In this document: positions 25,697 through 37,020 of the stretch, piece by piece
Layout: each line of letters opens with the position of its first letter
Numbering within the stretch: position 1 is the first letter of the stretch
DNA from: Lytechinus pictus
Lineage: Eukaryota
Direction: 5' to 3'
DNA length: 64,000 nt
NCBI RefSeq assembly: GCF_037042905.1
Contig: NC_087263.1
Span: 14,076,001-14,140,000, forward strand
Program-made: the position numbers and the translations under genes
Notes under the pieces: generated by a model
Told to the model about the DNA's origin: nothing
What the model saw: only the letters and a program-made list of their open reading frames with translations
Databases searched by the model: none

Positions 25697-28600
25697 CTGT
25701 CCGAACATGTTCTATCCGATCGGTCTACGTGGGTCAAACAAAACTAAAGCATACTCCTGCTTATAGGTATCATGCATGTTGCAAAGCATACACACTATGA
25801 TGGCTTCGATCTAACTTTGATGTGAACCTCATGTGCATGCATATTGTGTATGTAGTTAATTGTGGCCCACCTCAAACTGTTTGTTTCGAATGTGCTTCAG
25901 GGCTTTGTGTTAAAATTTCACGAAATATTTTTTCATCAAAAATTGACGTTTTCTGGAAATTTTGGTTGGTGGGCCTAAAAAAAATCTGAAAGTCAAAGTG
26001 GTCCTCGAGTAAAAAAAAGGGTTAAGAAGCGCTGATATAATCTGTCCGTTTGGAGTCGTCGTTGTTGATATGACTGCGGTATAAGAGTGATGTTGGTCGA
26101 ATCGGTGGTGGTGAACTTGCGGAAAAGTACATGCTGCCATGTCTGGTACATGGAGGCATTAATCAGGGGAGCTTTGCATCAAACAAAAATTGGCAGTGGT
26201 ATTCATGGATTATGTGTTATAAGCTACTGAAATCATTGCATCTGATTGGTTCAGCTCGAATCTGTCAGTGAAAATCACTCTTCATGAAACGTTATGCGTT
26301 GGGTAACCAGGGGAGGCTGTCGCCGTGGAACGGGTGACGTCTCCCCCCCCCCACCCCCACCCCCATTTTTTCTGTACAAAATACTCTAAAGACCACACTT
26401 GGAGCGTCATGCTGCAATTTTGCACCTTTCAGAGTTTCATGGGTCGACGTTTCATGAAAAGCTTTGTCAGTGAATTTTTACTAATGAATTTGCTCTCAGC
26501 CAATCAGATGCAAGGATTTGCAATAGCTTATAATACTTGTCGGTGAAAATCACTGGCAAAACCTTTTATGAAACCCTACCCGGGTGTGCAAGGCACAAAC
26601 GTTAACGTGATTGAGGACATCCAAGAAAGGAGGTGCAAAGTTACACTTTCACAGCTGCTCAAATCATGCCCAATGAGACAATTCGGTTGCAAAATGTAAG
26701 GTGCAAAATTGAATGCTTCCTGGTGGCGTAATTACAGACAATGGTGCAAACATACAGTTATGAATGGGAGGGGTCGGGGTTTTGGATACGGTAGATTTTA
26801 CCATATTTTACTAATTTTCCACAACACCAATACATCAAAAGAAAAAAAAATTACGTTTCGATGAATTAATTATGTTATAACTTTGGGCATATAGATAGAC
26901 AATGTTAAAAATGACAATGATGTTGTATTTTGCGACTCAGCCCCCCCCCCAAAAAAAAAAAAACCAACCCACTTAAACATTAACACTCCTCTTTCTCTCC
27001 CTCTACCCTATATATTTTACCATGCACACCATTTTTGTGAAAATTTTGGGAGTATTCAGCTCCCACGCTCCCCGTCCTAACCGAATATTTCGCCAGTTTT
27101 AATGTCAAATCACCATAATGATCCTGTTCAATTCTCTTTCAACCCCCCCCCCCCGTATTTTCACTACACAATGCCGGATTCGAAACACACGCAGGGGGGT
27201 GAACGAATAGAGGACAAGAGAGAGAGAGACAGGGAGAGAGATAGTACGAGTAATTGAAATGCAGAGCATTGATAGAATGAGCGAAATCGGGTAATGAGCT
27301 AAACGGAGTAACGCGTAAACATATTAACCGAATCAAGTACAGTTCGAAAAGGTAAAAGCTTTTCAAGTCGCTCTTTTGAGAGCGAAAGTCTATTTTCGAT
27401 TCTTCAGGTAAGGTCCTTTGGTACGTGTCCAGTGAACGAAATTTATTGTACTACCCATGTTTACTCTTTGATTTGGAATCACTCTCTATTTGTCTTCTTC
27501 TACTATACCTAGCCGTGACTCCTTAGACATGCTGTGCAGGCCCGGTCCAACAAATGCGGCTACACTTTGGCAGCCGTTGTTCTTGATGCAATAATGGGGC
27601 CCGACGTTTCATAAAGACATATGATGATGATTATTGTGACGTCACCAGAGCCAACAAATGCTGGGGGGGGGGGGGGGCATTTACGCTGGGCTGACTTTTT
27701 TCGTTGTGGGGACGATGTTAGGATAAAGGGGTTCTGTGTTTGTTTGTACCTTTTTGATTGGCGAAAGGTTGTGTTGACGTCAGAACTTCGACAATTATAG
27801 CATGTCCTCCAACTTCGGTTGCTGTATTACCGAATGCCGCGCATCACCGCAGTGAACCTCGCTCTCCGGCTGTGTGGGCTCCAGATTGGCTTAACGTTGA
27901 TTCGAATATCGCTGACTCCGCCCGATGTTGCGCGTTATCTTCATTCTTTATTAGTTTAGAAAGCCCTCGATTCTATTTTTGACGTGTATTCTTATCCATT
28001 TTTGACGAGTATTCATATCCAGTATTCCCCTACTTAGAACAATTATACATTGATTAAAAAAATGAGAGCATAAAAAAGTGGTCAGAATTTTGGCTTCTGC
28101 CCATAATTTCACAACGTAATGCACAACAATGTCCTTTTAGGTAAAATTTCGTTTTAATGTAGTCAATTGAGTTTCTGTTGCAAATTTTATTTTTAATTCA
28201 GTTAATTTTGCATTGCTATTGAGTTTCAATTTCGTGTGTAAAAATCACAGGAAGGGATACAAAAAGAAGGAGAAGTATATATATTGGCAGAAAAGATGTT
28301 AAACAAATGATGTTAAACAAGAGAAATGTCTTGTAGAAAAATAAAGCGAAGAGAATTTTCATACTTGTTTTGAAACCCATGCATATTATGCCTATTCAAG
28401 CAAACACGTCAGGGATGCGAATGCCCTCCTTCGCGTTTCTTTTCGTTTTTCCCCTTTTCAAACCCTTCGCGCAATATCTGCCTCGCGTGTTCGACGAATT
28501 TCTCATTTCCTTTGCCTTTTCTTTTTTCTTTTTTCCTTTCGAAATGTCACCATCCGCCCCAAGGTGGGATAAAATATAAATCAGCAAGCAATTATCCATC

Positions 28601-29434
28601 GATCCTTGCTCGTTGATTCTTATATTTGGATTATTCAATGCGCAGAAAATCGCCCATCATGCGATTGCGAATTTCTCCAAGAAGAATGGATATTAAAAGC
28701 CCCCTTCTCTTTTCGCCTAAAGGATACCATATAGCATGTGAGCTTGGGGTGCTTGCCCACCCCCCCCCCACCCCCATTTTTCACGACCAAGACAAAAAAA
28801 GAGAAAAGGGGAAAATATTATATTATTTTCTGAATGTTGATAATTATGTCAAAATCTTTAACGAAATCTTATAATATAAATGTCGAATTTTGCTCGCTTG
28901 CTCGCAACTTCTTCTTTTTACATAAATTCTCTCTAGTGTTGTATTCAAAATATCCCAAATTGATCAGGCCTATATCTATCCATCTATTTCATATCCTCCT
29001 TTAAAATGATGTTGGGTGCTTTCTCAAATTTCCCCCCATAAGTACTCAACCCTCCGCTTCTATCACCACCACCCTCTTCAAGAGCCCGTCTCACCCCCGC
29101 CCCTGTCATTCCTGCTTAATTGACCCTCTGCTTCGCTAGCTTTTCACACGAATTAAACTTCCCTGTTCCCCTCGATGGATTGTACATTAACACCCTAGAG
29201 CACTCAGCCGAGATTTGAACCCACGACCTTACGACCATCCATCAAGTTCGATCTCCAGTCTCTCGGCCGCTCACGCTGATGGATGGGACGGGACTGTTCA
29301 CACTTCCAAGAAACACATTCCTGACTTATCCACTAAAAGAAAATTGAGTGAATAAGAGAAACTGTAAAGGGATTCTCCGAGCTGAAAAAAAATTATATCT
29401 ACATAATTAGAGTGAAATTCACCAAGCAAAATTA

Positions 29435-29855
29435 CGGAGCCTTTAAAGTGCCATCGACTTGACGAGTTGGCGAGATACTTTATCTTGCCATGTCGATATA
29501 ATAACCTTATTATGTCGACATGGCGAGATACGTTATCTTGCCAAGTCGACTTATAAAAAGTTAAACGTCAACTTGGCGAGATATTTTGAGTCTCGCCGGG
29601 CCTTGGACACTTCATATCTTGCCATGTCGACGTATGTTTTATAAGTCGACTTGGCAAGAAAATATCTCGCTAACATATAAAGTTTTATAAGTCAACATGG
29701 CTACCGTATCTCGCCATGTTGACATATAACTTTTTATAAGTCGACTTGGCGAGATAACGTATCTCGCCATGTCGACATAAGAAGGTTATTATGTCGACAT
29801 GGCAAGATAAAGTATCTCGCCAAGTCGTCAAGTCGATGGCACTTTAAAGGCTCCG
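29435..29855. mobile_element. Near-palindromic MITE rich in GTCGAC, flanked by TA
   Basis: ta|CGGAGCCTTTAAAGTGCCATCGACTTGACG ... CGTCAAGTCGATGGCACTTTAAAGGCTCCG|ta; ~130-bp near-perfect arms. Confidence 0.9.
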
Positions 29856-31129
29856 TACAAAATAGACCATGCAGGTCTATATCAAGACCTATTTGCTGAT
29901 TCAAGTGCCAGTTATTATAAAAATAGGGAGTTTTAGGAGCAGTGAACGAGAACATTCGAAATTAACTGCGTTTACACTCACTTACACTGCTAGACAAGCC
30001 CAATCACTACCCATTCATATTGTGAGTGAGAACGTGTCATCTAAGCTCTCAAGTTCCCCTAAAATCCTTTGCAAAATCTCATAATGCGTAAATCACTCAT
30101 ACAGGTGACTTTCCCATAGGGAGGATTATATGGACAGTTTTCTACTCGTATAACCACCCCGCTTGTATAGTTTACTCATAGAGCTATAACTATATGGTTT
30201 ACCCCGTTATGGAACACGGAAAATCCTAGAGTTGTACCACTATTGTGGCGAGGCTGAAAATGCCGAGAATTTGGAGAAATATCTAACCGCCCTTTCACAC
30301 TTTAAAAAAAATCGTAATTTGAATGATGATTCCACTGAAAAATAAGGCTGATGACGAATTTTTAGCACGTGTGAAACCAAACTAGAATCACGAACGGTAA
30401 TCACAATATCACGAATTCAAATTCTACTCCGGAGGTGACTGAATTTTCCGTGTGAAAGGTCCGATGATTCTAAAGACGAATTGCAATCATCATTACAATG
30501 AGGATTTAAGATTCACGTGTGAAAAGGCCCTCAGATTTACCAGGGATTGAAAAAAAAATTGCAGAGAAACGTGAGAAAATCCACAAAATGTAAAATGGCA
30601 AAAAACGAAGAAGTACCATAAACGAAGTTAAATTGTGGACGCTTTACATGTATTTAGGATTTTAGCGATGGATTGATTCGCCGGGATGAATCGCAGTGAA
30701 TACGTAAGTTTAGCAGGGATTATAAATTTAAATTACATAAAGGCGGACCTCCAAATTACAGGGTGATGAAAGATTTGGGAAGTTTGTGAAGTTTTCTGGA
30801 GTTTCTTTAAAGATGGAATGGTGTTGAATGAAGCTAAGAGATTTTTGGTTCTGGGGGAAATAAAATGGGCGTGTTTCTTGTTTTTAGATAGTGGGTGTGG
30901 CCATATAAGGTTCATGATGTCATTACTTACAATATTACCTATAATAATAATAACGACAGTTCTGTCACACTTTTGACAGGATAAGAACTGGGAATCCCGA
31001 CGTTTAATTCTGTGAGCATGAATCGTGAGAGAACAAAGTGATCGTACAAGGTAATTTATCCACTCTTTCCATGAAACTATATAGCTCTATGGTCTTTCCA
31101 TATTTTCATATTGGCAATGCTGGACGTTA

Positions 31130-31487
31130 ATAATAATGATAATAATAATATACAGTTCTTGTATAGCGCAAATCACATTATGAATAATGTCTCTAAGTGC
31201 TTCCAAAGGACTTGGATATTATTACCCCAGCTATAGCTTGGCAGCCGTAATTACTTAGAATCAAGGAGATATCACCTCTAGAGGTGATATCTCCTTGTTA
31301 GAATACAGCGCACACGCATTTCAAGGAATAAATTCCTGCCAGGTACCCATTCACCTCACCTGGGTTGAGTGCAGCACAATGTGGATGAATTACTTGCTGA
31401 AGGAAACTACGCCATGGCTGGGATTTGAACCAACGACCCTCTGTTTCAAAGTCCAGAGATTAATCCACTGGGCCACAACGCTCCACA
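31130..31487 (-). mobile_element. tRNA-derived SINE, family 1, carrying a 36-bp palindromic insertion
   Basis: Aligns to 21815-22127 except for the insertion at 31262-31304. Confidence 0.85.
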
Positions 31488-31570
31488 TGGGTGACAAATG
31501 GGAAACTTATAGCGACAACAAATGGAGGAGGAAGAGGAGGAGGAGGGGAGGAGGAGGGGGGGGGGGAGCT

Positions 31571-31794
31571 GTTGATGATGACTATGATGATGATGATAGT
31601 AATGATGATGATGATGATGATGATGATAATGATGATAATATTGATGAAGGTGATGATGATGATGAAGGTGATGATGATGATAATGATGATGAAGGTGATG
31701 ATGATGATGAAGGTGATGATGATGATGATGATGAAGGTGATGATGATGATGATGATGATGATAATGATGATGAAGGTGATGATGATGATGAAGG

Positions 31795-31825
<31 letters not shown>

Positions 31826-32006
31826 AATGATGATGAAGGTGATGATGATGATGAAGGGATGATGATGATGATGATGTTGATGATAATGATGATAATATTG
31901 ATGAAGGTGATGATGATGATGAAGGTGATGATGATGAAAATGATGATGATGATAATAATGATGATGAAGGTGATGATGATGATGAAGGTGATGATGATGA
32001 TGAAGG

Positions 32007-32037
<31 letters not shown>

Positions 32038-32390
32038 AATGATGATGAAGGTGATGATGATGATGAAGGGATGATGATGATGATGATGTTGATGATAATG
32101 ATGATAATATTGATGAAGGTGATGATGATGATGAAGGTGATGATGATGAAAATGATGATGATGATAATAATGATGATGAAGGTGATGATGATGATGAAGG
32201 TGATGATGATGATGATGATGATGATGAAGGTGATGATGATGATGATGATAATGATGATGAAGGTGATGATGATGATGAAGGTGATGATGATGATGATGAT
32301 GATGATGATAATGATGATGAAGGTGATGATGATGATGATGATAATGATGATGAAGGTGATGATGATGATGAAGGTGATGATGATGATGAT
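31571..32390 (+). repeat. (GAT)n microsatellite with GAAGGT interruptions and a ~211-bp higher-order repeat; resumes at 33534-33648
   Basis: Seen directly. Confidence 0.95.
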
Positions 32391-32574
32391 CACCTTCATC
32401 ATCATCATCACCTTCATCAATATTATCATCATTATCATCATCATCATCATCATCATCATTACTATCATCATCATCATAGTCATCATCAACAGCTCCCCCC
32501 CCCCCCTCCTCCTCCCCTCCTCCTCCTCTTCCTCCTCCATTTGTTGTCGCTAGAAGTTTCCCATTTGTCACCCA

Positions 32575-32932
32575 TGTGGAGCGTTGTGGCCCAGTGGATT
32601 AATCTCTGGACTTTGAAACAGAGGGTCGTTGGTTCAAATCCCAGCCATGGCGTAGTTTCCTTCAGCAAGTAATTCATCCACATTGTGCTGCACTCAACCC
32701 AGGTGAGGTGAATGGGTACCTGGCAGGAATTTATTCCTTGAAATGCGTGTGCGCTGTATTCTAACAAGGAGATATCACCTCTAGAGGTGATATCTCCTTG
32801 ATTCTAAGTAATTACGGCTGCCAAGCTATAGCTGGGGTAATAATATCCAAGTCCTTTGGAAGCACTTAGAGACATTATTCATAATGTGATTTGCGCTATA
32901 CAAGAACTGTATATTATTATTATCATTATTAT
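32575..32932 (+). mobile_element. SINE family 1 copy produced by the inverted duplication
   Basis: Reverse complement of 31130-31487. Confidence 0.85.
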
Positions 32933-33609
32933 TAACGTCCAGCATTGCCAATATGAAAATATGGAAAGACCATAGAGCTATATAGTTTCATGGAAAGAGT
33001 GGATAAATTACCTTGTACGATCACTTTGTTCTCTCACGATTCATGCTCACAGAATTAAACGTCGGGATTCCCAGTTCTTATCCTGTCAAAAGTGTGACAG
33101 AACTGTCGTTATTATTATTATAGGTAATATTGTAAGTAATGACATCATGAACCTTATATGGCCACACCCACTATCTAAAAACAAGAAACACGCCCATTTT
33201 ATTTCCCCCAGAACCAAAAATCTCTTAGCTTCATTCAACACCATTCCATCTTTAAAGAAACTCCAGAAAACTTCACAAACTTCCCAAATCTTTCATCACC
33301 CTGTAATTTGGAGGTCCGCCTTTATGTAATTTAAATTTATAATCCCTGCTAAACTTACGTATTCACTGCGATTCATCCCGGCGAATCAATCCATCGCTAA
33401 AATCCTAAATACATGTAAAGCGTAAAGTTGTCAAGTATAACGCGTTATTTTAAAGCTTCCGTGTGTTCTAGCGAAGTCTCGTTCTAGAAGATGTTTTCAT
33501 TCGCCGACGTACCATACTATCCCGTGCGTACGGATGATGATGATGATGATGATGATGATAATGATGATGAAGGTGATGATGATGATGATGATGATAATGA
33601 TGATGAAGG

Positions 33610-33643
<34 letters not shown>

Positions 33644-34096
33644 GGTGACTAGGAGAAAAATGATTATTAATTATTGTTTGATTGCGCCATTTCGTTGAAT
33701 GATGAGATATATTGCCTTAAAACAAATTACAAAAAAAATAAACGAAATAACTATCGGCCCACATGAAGACTATACGAATTCAGGGAGATAGCAGGTAAGA
33801 TTTCTCCCTACTGAAAAAAAAACACATACAAACACTTTACTTTATCAAGTGTATTTTGTCTGTCCAACTTTCAAGTGTTTCTCGAACTTTCTTGCAAGGA
33901 TTTCGATCGAATGGCTATAAGAAAGACATGGTTATTTGCACAGCCTGGTCTGTGTACACACAATGTACTCCATGATGGACAATCGAATGCCGAGATATGT
34001 CATGAGGTTCAATACCTGCAGACTTAGTTAATAAACAACAGTTATCAACGTAGCTGGAACTCGTCAAGTTCCTGACGATTTCAAATGAAATTCCTT

Positions 34097-34226
34097 ATTC
34101 ACCGACGTACCGTGCTATCCCGCGCATGCGCCAGCTTTTTTGTGCCAGTCTTGCCAGAGAAAATTTCGATGCTGCGCGTTCACTGGGCTTGCCGTACGCA
34201 CGGGATAGTATGGTACGTCGGCGAAT
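34097..34226. mobile_element. Short MITE-like inverted repeat
   Basis: ATTCACCGACGTACCGTGCTATCCCG pairs imperfectly with CGGGATAGTATGGTACGTCGGCGAAT. Confidence 0.6.
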
Positions 34227-34263
34227 GAAAACATCTTCTAGAACGAGACTTCGCTAGAACACA

Positions 34264-34858
34264 CGGAAGCTTTAAAATAACGCGTTATACTTGACAACTT
34301 TACTTTTTTGTCGACATGACGAGATAGGTTCTCTTGCCAATTCGACTTATAGCGTTATCATGTCGACATGACGAGATATATACTTGCCACGTCAACTCAA
34401 TTGCTTTATTGTGTCGACATTTCGAAATACATTAGCTTGTCAGGTCGGCTTAAAGACAGCTATAGTGTGTCGACATGGTGAGATACGCTATCTTCCAATG
34501 TGGATCGATAGCATTATAATGTCGACAATGCGATATAAGTCATCTTGCCAAATCGCATTAATGGCCTTATTATGTTGACATGACGTGATATTTTATTTTT
34601 CCAAGTCGACCAATAACCTCATTATGTCGACATGGCCAAATAGGTTATCTCGCCAAGAATATGGATCGACAAGGTGGGTTATATTGTCTAGCCAAGTCGA
34701 CTTATAAAATGTAGGGCTTATAATGTTGTCATTGCGATATACATGGTAGAAAACGATAACTTAACTAGCCGTGGAGACATACAACTATTTATAAGTCGAC
34801 ATGGAAAGATAAAAATCTCGTCAAATCGCGTCAAATAGTTGGCACTTCAAAGCTTCCG
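34264..34858. mobile_element. Older relative of the GTCGAC-rich MITE
   Basis: Termini CGGAAGCTTT / AAAGCTTCCG; internal ~41-bp GTCGACATG...TATCTTGCCAAGTCGAC units. Confidence 0.75.
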
Positions 34859-36914
34859 TAGTCCAATTCGAAAAAACAATATTTATCAACATAACACTGA
34901 ACCGACTCGTCACGCGTCTACGACAATGCGCATGAAATCAGCATTGGGAATCTCACCTGTAATTTTGTCACGCTCCATTCCCGCCAAACTACAGGCCTGT
35001 CCTCCCCGGTAGCATCCTTTGAGCTTCCAAATCTGAATCGCAGACAACATCCATAGGGCAATTCAAAACGAAAATTAATTCTGCCAAACACCCTCCAATT
35101 CAGCACATATTGAAGATATTCTACATATTCCTTTAATGATATTCCAGGTATTTTACAAGACGACACCTAGGTACGAAAGGCAAACAAGCGAGAGGCGCGT
35201 GTAAAGTGCATTTCAGCGTACACACATTACAAAAGCATGGATATGCTCTCATTTTATTTTCACCGCGCGGAGGGAAGATGAGAGAGAGTGGCCAGTAAGT
35301 CTGGCCAAGGGGTGAGGGCATCCCCAAATTTCAAACAAATTAATGCCATTATCTATCATTCGTTCATTACGTTTTCCTATTTCATTTTATACTTCTTTCA
35401 TAATTCTTTAAATATACTCATTCGTCGTTTTATTCGTTCTTTTGTTCGGTTCAATTATTAGTTCATTGCTCCAATCATTCACCCATCCATCTCTTCATTC
35501 GTCCGCTGATCAATTCACCAATCCGTCCTTCAATCCACACAACATTTCTCTCTCTCTAATTTCACTCTTATTCATTCATTCCTGTTCATCCATCCATTTA
35601 CTCACTCATTCACTTTATACTCTTTTTTGGGGGGGGTGGAACATGAGCTTAGGAGTCGGGGGTGGTGGGGTGCTGAAGCACCCCACAAATTTCCTAGGGG
35701 TGCTGTATGTATTATTCTCCAAAGGTAGAACCCCCAGGTATTCTGAAAAATGTGTAAAAATTTGGAAAAAAATAACCAAAATGACCAATTAAACCTCCAT
35801 TTTGTAGGTGAAAACCCTTTCTTTCTTTTTTTTTTTTTTGCTTTTCAAATTTCATTTTCAGCACCCTCAATAAAAAAAAATCGTTCCCAGGGCCCTGGGG
35901 TGAAGAGGAGTTTGAAATACATTTTAAAGCTATTTGTATTTCACTCTCTGTGATAGTAAAAATGTGTCAAAAAATCTTTTAAAAAAGAGACCCATTTTTT
36001 GTTTAGCATGCCCCGTTTATGGAATCCCCGGTGCCCCCCCCCCCCTCCCATCCTGCGTTATATATGCATCTTGCTCCACCACGAAGCTAAGGCATATGAT
36101 TATGATATTACCTAGAAAGAACATAACTCTCATCTGGCAAAGATCTGCAATGATAATGTCAAGGAGTCACTTGCTTCCATAAACGGGAAGCCCATCTGTC
36201 TTTGAATGATACGCCTTAGCTCATTAGCATGATTAGTGCTCCCCTAATTAGTAAAAGAACCTTGGGTGCCGCCTAATGACAAACACAATGTTCGAATGCT
36301 GTGTTTTAAGTCTGCACCATTGGAAAATAGATATTGATACTGTCTCGCTGAGTCGTCTACAATGTGGTTTCTTTCACTTTATTTTTTTTTACAAGACATG
36401 GAAGAAATTTTGAAAACATAGATTCATGATATAAGATAGAAGGAAATAAGATACAGAGATTTAATATGATTAGAAGAACAAAGGATGGGACAATAGAGGA
36501 CTCAGCCATTTTTCCACAATACACCTTAACATAAATTCTCCTTTCGACAACCCCCTTCCCCTCCTAAAGATTCTCTGGCTCAGTCTGCCCCGAGAGATGA
36601 GCCTTCCGAGATGGGTTGACTTCTGAGACGGGGAAACATCATCATAATCGAGCGTCAGGTCATGCGAGCAATATATTAATCAAACTTGCTGCCCGGCTTA
36701 GCGGCAATATTAATCTGGATTTCTGACCGAGATTCTGGCTTGAAATAACCCCCCCCCCTCTCTCTCTCTCTCTCTCTTTCGCTCATTTAATAATTCACCA
36801 TCACTACAAGATTAGGTGATCAATATGCTTGGTTCATCACATCCCCATGTTATTTTCCTCCAGGAAAGAGAATGACAACATAAATCAGGAATAGATGGGG
36901 GAGATGTGGGAGTG

Positions 36915-37020
36915 TGAGAGATAGAAAAGAAAGAAAGAAAAAAAAGAATTGAAAGAAAGAAAGAAAGAAAAGAAAGAAAGAAAGAAAGAAGATAGAAAGA
37001 AAGAAAGAAAAAAAAAAGAA
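36915..37020. repeat. (GAAA)n microsatellite
   Basis: Seen directly. Confidence 0.9.

Larger units (their letters stand above)
30639..33423. repeat. Long inverted repeat: ~1.03-kb arms (30639-31672 and 32389-33423) around a (GAT)n spacer
   Basis: Arms are near-identical reverse complements; mirrored ORFs in the track sum to the same coordinate (30733+33329 = 31295+32767 = 64062). Confidence 0.95.

Noticed and set aside
30733..30915. Identical 60-aa ORF present twice (also 33147-33329), suggesting a duplicated gene
   Set aside because: A consequence of the inverted duplication; no independent coding evidence.
31295..32571. Long Asp/Met/His/Ile/Ser-rich ORFs (up to 364 aa)
   Set aside because: Translations of the (GAT)n microsatellite and a SINE; no splice or codon evidence.
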